64,000 bases of DNA from the human T2T-CHM13v2.0 reference genome, Homo sapiens. Below are positions 25,991 through 43,417 of this stretch, piece by piece. The number at the start of each line of letters is the position of its first letter. The stretch's first letter is position 1. The position numbers and the translations under genes were made by a program. The stretch is taken from the NCBI RefSeq assembly GCF_009914755.1, contig NC_060925.1. One strand, given 5' to 3'. A model generated the notes under the pieces. That model worked only from the letters and a program-made list of their open reading frames with translations. It had not been told where the DNA came from and did not search any database.

Positions 25991-26954
25991 CCAAAAATGG
26001 AATAGGAGCTAATACTTGATTTTAAATTATTGGCTGTGATGTAATGTAAAGTCTTTCCATTTCTTGAAATTTTTAGTCCAAACCTGCTCTGTTTGTACCT
26101 TCGTGTTGGTGACATTTTGGGGAATGAAGGGATTGGGGTGGTGTCCAGCATGGGTGAAGTAGTATGCTGAAGGGGTGCCATGGGCTGCATGGCAAGATGT
26201 TCCAAAACTGGAATGAACTGAGGGAGTGCAGAAATTTGGAGCCAGATATCCCGAGGAGAAAAGTATGTGTTTCCCTGGGGAGACTGCAGGGCCGCTAGCT
26301 TTCCTACAGCAAGAGAAATGGGCATTCTGGTTTATTCATTTGAACTCGAAAGGCAAGTTGACCTCAGAAAACATCTCACCTTTCAGTTCCCCTCCTTGCC
26401 TCATTCTGTCTGTTGTCATTTACCTCATGTGATAGTCCAAGTGCTATTTAATTATTATTATAGTTCAAAGGCATGCAGGGATACAATATACATGAGCACT
26501 CGGTCAGAGTTCAGAAGGGAGGGCTCAGTGGCGTCAGATTTGAACATGTGCAGGTGTGCCTGGTAATCTGGGGTGGGCAAAGTCTATTTATATAAACAAC
26601 TGAGAAGCCCTCACGAGTGAGACGTCCTCCTCACAGAAGAGAACTGAGCGAAGCTAACTCAGGAACAGATCCTCAGAGGTGAGGGCAGAGGGGCACTTCG
26701 GAATGCAATCATACATTGTCCTCACCCTAGCCACGCATGAACGTCAATCCGGGACTCCAGGAAGAGAGAGGGATCTGTGAATAAACACATTATAAATTCT
26801 AATGGGTATTAGGGAACAATGATACCCACTGCTTGGGTAACTCAAAAAAGAATGTAGCATTTAAAGTTAGAGAAAGATAGTCTTATTGCCTTCAACTGAG
26901 AACTCTGTGAGGGCTCCAGGACGTCAGGACCAAGGCACTGACTGAAAGAGGAAA

Positions 26955-27170
26955 CAGTCATCATAGTAACACTGACAGAGCCGATCTAGCGCCAGGCCCC
27001 AAGAACTTTCCATATAACTCATGTAATCGACAGGAAGCAATCCCAGGTGGTAAATATTATTGTAATCCCCATTTCACAATGAAAAAAGCAACCACACAGC
27101 TAGAAAGGCACACAGCATTTCCAACCCTGCCAGTCTAGGACAGAGCCCGAGGTCTTAGACCCTGTGCTAT
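26955..27170 (-). mobile_element. MIR SINE
   Basis: aactcatgtaatc...attattgtaatccccatttcacaatgaaaaa...ccacacagctagaaagg. Confidence 0.65.
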
Positions 27171-27394
27171 TCTCCCTTCTTGGCATCACACTTGGTGGGA
27201 ATGACAGTGTGATCAGCACCAAACAAGGTTTTGTGGTGAAGGGTCAGGGCAGGAAGGGAAGCCTAGAAAACCAGGATTCATTTATTCATTCTCTGTGAGC
27301 ACACATATGACATTGCTTGGACTTCTACAGAGGGGCTGTGTAGGATCTGTGCTTTGTCGTACAGGAGACAGAGGTTACATAGATAGTCATTTAA

Positions 27395-27780
<386 letters not shown>

Positions 27781-27978
27781 ATAAATCATGCAAGGACTCT
27801 ACCCTTAGGAACTTCGGGGTAAAGACAAAGAGATATGACATTTGCATAGATGATTATATACCCAGATATTGGACTCTTGTAAGTTTCACATAAAAGCTGT
27901 GGTCAATCCAGATTGAGAGAGACTGCATTTGCCAGGGATTGGTTGGGTGGCAGGTAGGGGATGGGTAAAGAAGGAATT

Positions 27979-28055
27979 AGAAAGGGTGTTTCTTCACCAT
28001 GAGAACCTTATTAAAAAAAAAAGAAAGAAAAAAAAAAGAGAAAGGGTGTTTCACC
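27979..28055 (+). mobile_element. Ultra-short TSD-flanked poly(A) retro-insertion, source unknown
   Basis: agaaagggtgtttc at 27979-27992 and 28039-28052 flank a 20-nt body plus a 26-nt A-rich tail; empty site reads TT|AGAAA. Confidence 0.75.
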
Positions 28056-29879
28056 TGGGGATCAAAAGAATAGTCTCATGCTATTCACTTGGGACATGTG
28101 TGATTTTTTTCTGCAACCCCTACGTAACTCATAAACACATTCTTTTCCAACACCTATGTGACCATGAGTTGCAAGGTCGAAGCCCAAAGCACCCATTACT
28201 CTGGGTAAACATCTCCCAGGTTTGCTTAAACTGTCTTTTTCCCCTTGATGCAAGATTCATACCCACAGAATGTACTCTTCTTGTCCATCTTATCCTTAGG
28301 CCATCTTCTGAGAATAGAAACGGAGCATTTGCTTTCTGAACACATTTGTGTGTCCTTCTTCCTTCTCTTCCCTGACCAACTGGAGCACCTATAAGAGGTA
28401 GCCTACAGCTTATATAAAGCTCTGTTAAATGCCAGAAGGTAAGGCAGTCTCCCTTTCAGCTGATCCTCCTTGCTTAAAGTAACCAATAACATTTTCCCTC
28501 TTCTTACCTATTTTCTTGGTAGTCTTACTGCAGGAATGTGGCACATGGCTAAATAATTCAGTGCTTTCTTTGAAGCATTTGCTACACTCCACCTCTTGCC
28601 ATCTGCAGGACCCTCCCTTCTCCAAGCCCCAGACATCATTATTTTCCTGTTCCACCCACATCTTAGAGGCTGAAACCTCTCTTTCAGCTCTTGTTGGTCC
28701 TGGAAGGAGAAGGATTGCTTCTCCATTTTAAAGCCCTCTTTGATGTAAGTTAAAGCTATTTTCTTGGTGTCAGTTGGCCCTCTGGGTTCTATTCCCCTGT
28801 TATCTCTGATTAGCCTTTCTTTTGGTTTTGAGGCTGTGGACAAGTGGCTTATTTTCCCAAGTGGAGAACAGTTCTTGTGTGTCTACTACTCTCTCCACTC
28901 TTCCTCCTTCCCTCTCCCTTTAACGTCCTTTTCATCTTGCTCTCAATCTTAAAATGATTCTAGTAGGATGTATTCTATTTTAATCAATAAGCATTTTGAG
29001 TCCTGGACAACTATTCTGGACTGACTCATCCTGTGTTCTGTCAAGCGTCATCTTAAAACTCTTAATTTAACTAAAAATAATTTTGAGTTATCCAAAATTT
29101 TGATCTTCTTGTCCTTTTGCATTCTAAAACAACTGACCTGAAGTTTCTGTTTCTCCATGATTGGCTGCAGTGAAAGTGTTTGACTCCAGGGAACCTCATC
29201 TGCTTTCCTCAAGAACAAGAATTCAGTAAAGCCCAATAGATATTTGTTGAATAAATTAATTAAAATCAAGCTAAGGATGGATAGTTAGTGGCATAAAAAT
29301 ATAATTAGATTTTTTAAACAGCAGTTTACAAACATAGATGCATAGCAAGACCTATTTTTTAAAAGTTTCTACATGCACAAATGGAAAACAAAACTGTAAA
29401 TATATAAGACAAAAATTTTAACAGTGACTCTCTGATTGAGGGAATTATGATCAACTTTTATTTTCTTCACTTGGCTATTATATTGTCTAGATCTTCCATA
29501 TGGATGTATTACTTTGGTAAAAGGAAGAAAAGATTTTATACAAGCTGTGACATTCAAACATGCCTAAACCCCCACATTTATATTTTATCTCATCTTTCTT
29601 CATCTTCCCCTGTTTAATTCACAACTACTTTTTAGAGAAGGGTGTTCTTATAATGTCACAATTCAAATATATCACAGTAAAAGGGCATTTACCATTTCCC
29701 AAAAGACTTTTTGGGTCACCTATTCCAATGGGGGAGGGGAATAAAATAGAGGGATTAATGTGATTTTAGAGGGTTAGAAACTCATCTAGGGATTAGGGAA
29801 CTGACCTACAAAGTGTATGCCTTTGTAAAAACCATGGACCTTTTTCCCCCTATTGAAATGATATTCGTTTAAAGCACTT

Positions 29880-30400
29880 ACACATTTATTGAGCTTTCAC
29901 TGAGTACCAGGAACTCTTCTGATGTCTGGTTCCTCCTTGCCCTCCTGAAACTTATATTTCAGCAGAGCAGACAGAATAAACAAGTACATGGTAATAAGTG
30001 TTATGAAGAAAATAAAGGGAGAGGGATCTCTTAGTGGGGTCATCAGGAAGAACCTCAGTCAGTGGGTGATGTTTCACTGGTGACCCAAATGGAATGAAAG
30101 AACACATCACTTGAGGATGTCAGGGAGGACTATTTCAGAAAGAGGGATATTGCTAGTGCAAAGGTCCTGAGTCACGAATGAGCTCGGCCTACCTAAGAAC
30201 AGCAGAAAGGCTGGTGTGAGAAAGACCAGTGAACAGTGGTGGAATGATAGAAGGCTAGAGAGGGAAGCAGGATAGAGCTAGCTGATGCAGCACCTGATAG
30301 GTCATGCTAAGGAGTTCAGTTTTGTTCCTAAATGTGGTGGGTAGCAACAGAATGGCTTTACACAAAGCAGTGACAAATAGACTTACACCTTAAAAAGAAA
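29880..30400 (-). mobile_element. L2 LINE fragment
   Basis: catttattgagc...taagtgttatgaagaaaataaag...gtgcaaaggtcctgag. Confidence 0.75.
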
Positions 30401-30921
30401 AAATAGATTAGCCTGACTATCTCACCTCTTACCTTCCTCCTAACTTTCAAAAGTTCCCAGATTCATAATAGGGTAGGAATCAGCCAAAGAAATCCTGCCA
30501 TTCTTTGAAGATTCTATCTATTAAACTCAGCTACAGGAAAATTTAAATTTTGTCAACCTTATTTAGGGAATTTCTTATACCGAGGAAAGCTAGTTTGTGA
30601 TGAAATCTAGGCTCTGTCTGAGTAATTTCAGAAATAGAATACATTTTTTTCCCTGAGTGGTATGTGATGTTCATTGTATGTAAAAGTGTCTTAGAGGATA
30701 CTCTATGGGATTTTTCCCCACCGAAGAGAAGAAAGTTAAGATTCAGTATCATCCTAAAGTGGAAAAGCAGATCAGTTTGAGGGCAATTAGTATTTAAAAA
30801 CTGTACTACAAATTTGGATAAGAAAGTAGTCTCTATTTTCATAAATTCATGTGGTAGGTTCCGGGTTCTGAGAAAGGCAGTACATAGATTTAAGGGAAGC
30901 TGGATTCTAGGAGCTATACTG

Positions 30922-32822
30922 TTATTATTATTTAAAATTTCAACTTTTATTTTAGATACAGGAGGTACATGTGCAGGTTTGTTACAGGGGTATATTGCAC
31001 CCAGGTAGCGAGCATAGTATCCAATAGGTAATTTTTCAACCTATGTCCCCATCCTTAACAGCTTGCAGTGTCTATTGTTCCCATGTTTATGTCTAGGTGT
31101 GCTCAATGCTTAGCTCCCACTTATGAATGAGAATATGCAGTATTTGGATTTCAGTTCCTGCATTAATTCACTTAAGACTGTGGCCTCCACCTCCATCCAC
31201 GTTGCTGCAAAGTTAATGATTTTATTCCTTTTATGGCTGCATAGTATTCCATTGTGTATATGTACCACATTTTATTTATTCAGTCTACCATTGATGAGCA
31301 CCTAGGTTGATACCATGTCTTTGCTATTATAAATAGCATAGCAATGAACATACATGTCTTTTTGGTAGAATGATCTATTTTCCTTTGAGTATATACCCAA
31401 TAATGGGATTGCTGGGTGGTAACTCTGTTTTAAATTCTTTGGGAAATCTCTAAACTGCATTCCACAGTGGCTGAAATCATTTTCATTTCTGCCAACAGTG
31501 TACAAGTGTTCCCTTTTCTCCACAGCCTCAGCATCATCTGTTGTTTTTTGACTTTTTAGTAATAGCCATTTGGACTGATGTGAGGTAGTAGCTCATTGTG
31601 GTTTTGATTTGCATTTCTCTGATGACTAGTGATGATGAGCATTTTTTTCATGTTTCTTGGCCACTTGTATGCCTTCTTTTGAGAAGTGTCTGTTCATGTC
31701 CTTTGCCCATTTTGTAATAGGGTTATTTTTTGCTTGCTGATTGATTTAAGTTCCTTGTAGATTCTGGATACTAAACCTTTGTTGGATGCATTGTTTGCAA
31801 ACATTTTTTCCCATTCTGTAGGCTATCTGTTTACTCTGCTGACAGTGCCTTTTGCTACACTAGCTCTTTAGTTTAATTAAGTCCCACTTGTTAATTTTTG
31901 TTTTTGTTACAATTGCTTTTGGAGACTTAGCCAAAAATTCTTTGCCAAGGCTAATATTGAGAAGGGTATTTCCTAGGTTTTCTCTAGGATTTTTATATTT
32001 TGAGTTCTTATATTTAAATCTTTAATCCATCTTGAGTTAATTTTTGTATATGGTGAAAGGTAAGGAGGGACTAGTTTCATTTTCTGCATATGGCTAGCCA
32101 GCTATCCCATCATCATTCATTGAATAGGGAGTCTTTTTCCTATTGCTTGTTTTTGTTGGCCTGGTCAAAGATGAGATGGTTGTAGGTGTGCAGCTTCATT
32201 TCTGAATTTTCTATTCTGTTCCATTGTGTATGTGCCTATTTTTGTATAGTACCTTGCTGTTTTGGTTACTGTAGCCTTATAGTATAGTTTGAAGTTAGGT
32301 AGTGTGATGTTTCTGGCTTTGTTCTTTTTGCTTAAGATCGCTTTGGATATTTGACCTCTTTTTTTGGTTCCATATGAATTTTAGAATAGTTTTTTCCCTA
32401 ATTCTGTGAAGAATGATGTTGGTAGTTTGCTAGGAATAGCATTGAATCTGTAGATTGCTTAGGGCAGTATGGACATCTTAATGATATTGGTTCTTCCAAT
32501 CCATAAGCATAGAATGTTTTTCTATTTGTTTGTGTTGTCTCTGATTTCTTTCAGCAGTGTTTTGTTCTCCTTGTAGAGATTGTTCACCTTCTTGGTTAGC
32601 TGTATTCCTAGATATTTCATTTCCTTTGTGGCTATTGTAAATGGGACTGTGTTCTTGATTTGAGTCTCAGCCTGGACGTTATTGATGTGTAGAAATGCCA
32701 CAGATTTTGGTATATTGATTTTTGTATCCTGAAACCTTGTTACAATCATTTATTTTTCATTTCTAATAGCCTTTTGGTGGAGTTCTTAGGGTTTTCTAAG
32801 TATGGAATCATATCATCAGTGA
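30922..32822 (-). mobile_element. 5'-truncated L1 (L1PA15/16- or L1PB-like), 3' UTR and distal ORF2
   Basis: gtacatgtgcaggtttgttaca...3' UTR, then ORF2; ORF 32522-32749 ([11 protein letters not shown]...KYLGIQLTK) is an L1 ORF2 remnant. Confidence 0.93.
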
Positions 32823-33309
32823 TATTATTTTTCTTTGGGAACTTGCAGATGGTTTAGAAAGGTTTAGTTTTCTAATCTCATTTAACAATTAATTTGAGAA
32901 ATAAAATAGTTTATATTTGCCTGAATTTTTCAATTTGCTTTCTTTATGAATAAAAAAGTATTTGAGCTGTTAGCATCTTCTATTAACTGACTACTTTAAT
33001 AAACTAGTGCTTCAGTACCTTTACCTTAGTGTCTAATCCTTAGGCACTAAGAAAAAGATGCTAGTTTAAGCAGATCGTGCTGCTAATTATAGGTTGCTCT
33101 TTTTGTATCAAGAATAAAGCGAGTCAAGGGAAAATTATTCCACTGCCCTTAGAGGTTTATTAAATACTAATTTAAAGGTCTGTGGCATCTTTAGGAAATT
33201 AAATCTTCTGGTTGTAAAACTTCCCACTTCCACTTTGTTGTGTGTGGTTTAGAACAAAAGGAGCTGACTGTTCTCATTTCTTTATATATCAGGTTTTAAT
33301 TATCTAGAT

Positions 33310-33505
33310 CAAGATTGGAAAATAGATTTTGTTTCACGTGCCAACACTTATCCACCAGTTGTGGTTGCTGCAAATAATATATTGGGAAGGATTCTGCATT
33401 TTTACTCCTGATCTGTGGGAGAAAGCACAGTGCTGTATGAACAACATTCACCAGGGGCCCAAGAGTTGGGCAGGAGGCACAGTGCCATGCATTTGCTAGC
33501 TCTGA
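33310..33505. mobile_element. hAT-Charlie MITE (MER117-like)
   Basis: gattggaaaatagattt...cgtgccaac...gaaggattctg...gtgccatgcatttgc resembles recalled consensus. Confidence 0.5.
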
Positions 33506-33753
33506 TTTAGCTTTTACTCAAGACATGTATTTGCATGTTTATGTGTAACCTCTGAGCAGATTGTCTTTATTAGGACCGTGCTTGCATTTTAGAAACTAGT
33601 AATGACAGTGTGGTATAGTCCAAGGAACACTGTATTGACAACTAGAAAACTTTTATCCTAGTCTTGAACTGAAGCAGTGACAGTGGGCATTCTCATTAGT
33701 CCTGGTTTCAAAACAGAAGCTTCTGATATATGCTATAGGCTTTTTTTAGATAC

Positions 33754-34252
33754 TGTGGTAGGCAGAATAATGCCCAACCCCACCAAGATGTCCATATTCT
33801 ATTTAATAATCCCTAACCTGTGCATATGATATGTTACATCGTAAAGGGGAATTAAAGTTGCTAATCAGATGACCTTGAGATGAGGAGATTATCCAGGATT
33901 ATTTGCATAGGCTTTATATAATCACAAGGGTTCTTATAAATGGAGGAGGATGGCAGAAGAGAGAAAACAGGAGAGATGGCAGCATGGGAAAGACTCAACC
34001 TTTATTGCTGGCTTTGAAGATGGAAGAATGGACTTTGAGCAAAGAATGTGGGTGACCTCTAGAAGCTGGAAAAGACAAAGACAAGGAAATAGATTCTTCT
34101 GCAGAGCATCCAGATGGAACACAGTCCTGTTGACCTCCTGATTCTAGCCCAGTAAGACCCGTATCAGAGTTCTAACAGTAAGAAAATAATTTTGTGGTAT
34201 TTATTCCAGGAGGTTTGTGTAATTTGCTACAACAGCAAAGGAAATTGATACA
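33754..34252 (+). mobile_element. MLT1D-like MaLR solo LTR
   Basis: tgtggtaggcagaataat...ctctagaagctggaaaa...cagcaaaggaaattgataCA. Confidence 0.9.
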
Positions 34253-34399
34253 GGTATCTTGTACAGAATAAGGGAGTTACTTTCTAGTCTTAGTTTGTTA
34301 ATTTGAAAAGTTGATTGATAGTGACTCCAGTCTTTAAATGTACATGACATGTCCTTGTGCTATCATTTTGTACATAGTGATATATTGCACTATATCACA

Positions 34400-35297
<898 letters not shown>

Positions 35298-35334
35298 AAG
35301 GTTAGGTTTTATGTTTTATGGGCATACTATAAAT

Positions 35335-38145
<2,811 letters not shown>

Positions 38146-38406
38146 ATCTTTTGTAAAGACTGATGAATTCGGTTTGCTAAATTTTATTTAAAATTTTGGT
38201 ATCTATTTTGATCTAAACATATGGGAGTCCTGTGGGTTTAAGATGGGAATTGTAGATGTTATCCTTCAGAGAGAAATTACTCATTACTCATGCTGTAAGC
38301 CAGAGGATGCCACTGACCTGGAACTATTTCATGGTCTCTTGGTCAGTATGGAAGTTTTACAGTTCACCACTTTACTGCTCACCCAAGACTCAATTTTTCT
38401 CTTTTT

Positions 38407-38450
38407 TTTAATGTTGTATTTTTAATGTTGTATTATTTTAATGTTGTATT
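38407..38450. repeat. Three copies of 14-bp tttaatgttgtatt
   Basis: 38407-38420, 38421-38434, 38437-38450. Confidence 0.9.
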
Positions 38451-39480
38451 AGTTCTTTTGTTGCTGAGTAAAAAATTTCCACAAATGTGGTAGCTTAAAG
38501 CAAGACACATTTATTTATTGATTTATTTATTCACAGTTATGATGGGTAGGAGTCTGAGCACAGTTTAGCTAGGTCCTCAGATCAGGTTCTCACAAGTTTA
38601 CAAGATTACAATTGAGGTGTCATCTGGACTTCATTTCCATTTGGAAGCTTGGCTAGGGAAGAATCTCCTTCCAAGTTCATTTTTTATTCATAATTTGTTC
38701 CTGTTTTTGAGATTGTCTTCATTTCCTTGCCACATGGCTCTTTCCATAAATAGTTTATAATATGGCTATTTGCTTCTTTAAGGCCATCACAAAAATATAT
38801 TTCTATAGTCTACTAGGAAAAGTCATGTATAGTGAAACATTGTAGAGAGATGCAAAGGGATAGTGACCAAGTCAACATTCCACTGGAGGCCATATGATCA
38901 AATAGCAAACTGTTTATCCTGAATGCAGGATGTGGGCAAACTTACTTCTGCTCCAGCTGCCAGAAGGTTTGCTGAAGGCAATCACTTCCTGGCACTGTGC
39001 TCCTTGAGGTTATCTACTGAGACACCTAGAGCCTATTGTTCGAAGAATGCAGTCTGGCAAGCCTGCTGTAAATTAAACTGCCGATCAACAATCACCTGAC
39101 AATTACCCCCCCGCTTCTTGCTATCTCTTTTACCTAATAAACATGGAGAGCTGAAAAAGCTCAGGGCCCTTGTTCACTAGAAGCAAGGAGCGCCCTGACC
39201 CCTTCTTCCAGATATAATCTTGTGTCTTTGTCTTTATTCCCGTGTTCGTCATCCTTTGTTCAGTCCAACAGGGATAGGGTCCACGGCAAAACATAATCAC
39301 CTTTATGATTACATTTATAATTCTACTTTATGATGGGAGTGACATCTCATCACCTTTGCCATATAATGTAACCTAACCAAGTAAGTGACATCCTTTTCTT
39401 TAGTTAGAAGCAAGTTACAGGTTCCATCTGCATTCCAGGAGGAGATTGACACAAAGAAGTGACTCACTGGGACCACTTGA
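38445..39480 (-). mobile_element. MLT1E/F-like MaLR LTR, split by a HERV-K LTR
   Basis: tgtattagtt...tagcttaaagcaa...ggagtctgagcacagtttagct; resumes with gggagtgacatctcatcacctttgccatat...ttagaagcaagttacagg. Confidence 0.75.
38841..39288 (+). mobile_element. LTR3-type (HERV-K HML-6) solo LTR
   Basis: TG...CA ends; perfect 6-bp TSD aaacat; ccactggaggc...cagcaaactgtt and cactagaagcaaggagc...ctgaccccttctt motifs; internal AATAAA. Confidence 0.85.
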
Positions 39481-39974
39481 AGGTTTATTCCCCAAGAAGA
39501 CAGTAGATGGGAGGGAACCATCAGATAATTTTTTCCCTTTCCCTATGGGTCTGTCCTAAGACAAAGACAGCTATTGTTCTTATCCAAAGAAGCCGCTTGA
39601 AGTAGAGCAATCAGTGGCACTTGTTAAGAAGCTGTGTATAGTTCAATGTAGTACCTTCTTGTTTTTAATCTCTTTCTCTGACTCTCATTCCCTTCCTACT
39701 TAACCCTCCTTTTCTGGGATTGCATCTTATGACTGCATTAAAACTTCATAAAAATTTAAAAAGCAGGCTCAAGACACTTAGTTACCCAGTTTTGGAGTGT
39801 TAGGAATGCCAGTGAGCCTTTGCAACAGGAATAAAGGAGACTATTATCTCCTGTAGCTGTGAGGCAGACTTTTCAAAGCATCAGGTTTATTTATTTATTT
39901 ATCAAATTGACTATTTTTGAAAAATTTGTATATAAAGTTATATGCATGTATTCTGTACAACATGTTTTAAAGTA

Positions 39975-40365
39975 CAGTCATGTGGCACATACTGATGTTT
40001 TGGTGAACAATGGACTGCTTATATGATGGTGGTCCCATAAGATTATAATGGAGCTAAAAATTTATATCACCTAGTGATGTCATAGCTGTCATAATGTAGC
40101 ACAGTGCATTACCTTTTCTATGTTTAGATATGTTTGGATACACAAATATTTACCATGTGTTAAAATTGCCTAGAGTACTCAGTATAGTAATATGCTATAC
40201 AGCTTTGTAGCCTAGGAATAATAGGTTATACATATAGTCTAGGTATGTAGTAGTATATACCACATAGGTTTGTGGAAGTACACTCTCTGATGTCCATACA
40301 ATGACAAAATCACCTAATGATGTATCACTCAGAATGTATCCCTGTCATTAAGCAATGCAGGGCTA
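39975..40365. mobile_element. Tigger3a/MER7A-like MITE inside the L1
   Basis: TAcagtcatgtggcacata...ggtggtcccataagattataat...cagaatgtatccctgtcattaagc. Confidence 0.85.
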
Positions 40366-41466
40366 ATTAAATACATTGTGTTATGGTTAAATCTAGCTAA
40401 TTGACAAGTGCATTGCCTCATATTGTTATCATTTTTGTGGTGAGAACACTTAATATCCGCTCAGAATTTTTAAAGAATACCATATATCATCATTAACTAG
40501 TTACCATGCTGTCTAATAGATTGTTTGAATGTATTTCTTTGATCTAACGATCTAACTGTAATTATGTATCCTTTGGCCAATATTTCCCTACCCCACTCCC
40601 CAAGAACCCCAGCTTCTGTTAACAACCATTCTAATCACTACTTCCATGAAATTGGCTTTTCAAATTCCACGCATGAGTATGATAATGTGATATATGTCTT
40701 TCTGTAGCTTATTTCTGTGTAGCTTATTTCATTTAACATAATGTCCCATAGTTTCATCCATGTTGTTGTAAATGACAGGATTTCCTTCCTTTTTATTGAC
40801 TGAATAGTATTCCAGTGGGCATATATAGCACATTTTCTTTATTCATTCATCCACTGATGGACATTTAGGTTGATTTCATATTTTGGCTACTGTGAATAGT
40901 GCTGCAATAAACGTGGGAGTGCAGATATGTCTTTGACATAGTAATTTCATTTCTTTGGATATATACCCAGTAGTGGGATTGCTGGATCATATGCTAGTTT
41001 ATTTTTAGTTTTTTGAGAACCCTCCAAACTGTTTTCCATAATGGTTGTACTAATTTACATTTCCACCACTAGTTTGCGAGAATTCCTTTTTTCTCCATGA
41101 CCTCACCAATACTTTTAAAAATCTTTTTTCTTTTTGATAATAGACATTCTAACAGAAATGTGGTGCTATCTCATTGTGGTTTTAATTTGCATTTACATGA
41201 TGATTAATAATGTTGAGCATTTTCTCATATACCTGTTAAGTGTTTGTGTGTCTTCTTTTGAGAAATGTTTCTTCAGGTCTTTTTCCCATTTTCAAATTCA
41301 GCTATTTGTTTTCTTGCTATTGAATTGTTTGAGTTCCTTATTTATTTTGAATATTATCCCCTTATTAGATGGATAGTTTGCCAATATTTTCTTCCATTCT
41401 GTATGTTGTCTCTTCATTCAGTTAATTGAGTCCTTTGCTGCGCAGAAGCTTTTTTAGTTTGATCTT

Positions 41467-41763
41467 CTTTGTTTGTTTTGAGACAGGGTCTCACTCTCTT
41501 GTCCAAGCTGGAGTGCAGTGGCATGATCCATGGCTCACCGCAGCCTAGACCTGCTGGGTTTAGGCAATCTTCTTGCCTCAGCCACTGGAGTAACTGGGTC
41601 CACAGATGCATGCCACTACGTGGAGCTAATTTTGTTTATTTTTTGTAGCAATGAGATCTCACTATGTTGCCCAGGCTGGGCTTGAACTCCTGAGCTCAAG
41701 CATTCCTCCTGCCTCAGCCTCCCAATGTGCTATGATTACAGGTGTGAGCCCTGGCACCAAGCC
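41467..41763 (-). mobile_element. AluJ inside the L1
   Basis: J diagnostics; TSD agtttgatctt. Confidence 0.93.
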
Positions 41764-43185
41764 AGTTTGATCTTATTTGTCTATTTTTGCTTTTGTTTAC
41801 TGTGCTTTTGAGATCATATATAAAAAAATCATTGCCAAGGCAAATTTCATGAAACTTTTCCCCCATGTTTTCTTCTAGTAATAGCTTCAGGTCTTACACT
41901 TAAGTCTTAAATCCATTTTAAGTTGATTTTTGTATATGGTGAGACAGAGGGATGTAATTTCATTCTCTTGCATGTGAATATTCAATTTTACCAGGACCAC
42001 TTATTTAAAAACCAATCCCTTCCCCATTCTGTTTTCTTGGCACTTTTGTCAAAAATCAGTTGGCTATAAGATTGTGGACTTATTTCTAGGCGCTGTATTC
42101 TGTACTGTTGGTCTGTGTGTCTCTTTTTATGCCAGTACCATGCTGTTTGGTTACTATAGCTTTATAATATGTTTGAAGTCAGGTGGTGTGATGACTCTGT
42201 GTTCTTTTAGCTCAAGATTGTTTTGGCTATTTGGGGTCATTTGTGGTTTTATACAGATTTTAGTTTTTTTTCCTATTTCTGTAAAGAAAGTTATGATATT
42301 TTGTTAGGGACTGCATAGAATCTCTAGATTGCTTTGGGTAGTATGCACATTTTAATAATATTAATTCTTCAAATCCATGAAGATGATATATTTTTCCATT
42401 TATCTGTGTTTTCTTCAATTTGTTTCATTAATATTTTATAGTTTTAAGTGTAATCTCTTACCTCCATGATGAAATTCATTTCTAAGTAATTTTTTTTTTG
42501 CTGTTTTAAATAGGATTTTAAAAAGTTTTAGATAGTTCACTGTTAATGTATAGAAACACTGCTGATTTTCATGTTGATTTTGTATCCTGCCACTTTACTG
42601 ATTTTGTTTATTAGTTCTAATAGTTTTTTGGTGGAGGCTTTAGGGTTTTCTCTATATAAGATTATGTTGTCTGCAAACAAGATAATTTAGCTTCTTCCCT
42701 TCCAATTTGGATGCCCATTATTTCTTTCTCTTGTCTAATTACTTTAACTGGAACTTCCAGTACAATGTTGAATAGAAGTGGCAAGAGTGGACATCTTTTT
42801 CTTGTTCCAAATACTAGAGAAAATGCTTTCAACTTTCCTCATATATGGGTTTGTGGCATATGGCCTGTATTATGTTCAAGTACATTTCTTCTACACCTAA
42901 AGAGTTGAGAGGTTTTTTTTTTAATCATGAAGGGATGTTGAATTTTGTGTAATTCCTTTTCTGCTTCTGTTGAAATAATCATATGATTTTCATTCCTCAA
43001 TTCTGTTAATGCAATGTATCACCTTTTTGAATTACATATGTTAAACCGTCCTTGCATCCCTGAGATAAATCTCACTTGACCATAATGAATGATCTTTTTA
43101 ATGTGCTGTTGAATTTGGTTTGCTAGTATTTTGTTGAGGATTCTTGTTTCAATGTTCATCAGGGATATTGGCCTTAGTTTTCTTT

Positions 43186-43196
43186 GAGATAGAGAG

Positions 43197-43232
<36 letters not shown>
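43186..43232. repeat. (GA)n-(GT)n compound microsatellite
   Basis: Direct read. Confidence 0.93.
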
Positions 43233-43236
<4 letters not shown>

Positions 43237-43417
43237 TGGCCTTGTATGGTTTGAGTATCAGGGTAATGTTCACCTTGTAAAATGAGATTGGAAGTATTTC
43301 CTTCTCTTTAATTCCTTGGAAGAATTTGAAAACAATTGGTATTCATTCTTTGAATGTTGGTAGAATTCAGCAGTGAAGCCATCAGGTCCTGGGCTTTCCT
43401 TTGATGAAAGATTTTTA

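Noticed and set aside
28411-28445. TATATAAAG followed by ag|gtaagg donor
   Set aside because: The expected TSS about 30 nt downstream would fall on the donor itself, leaving no first exon.
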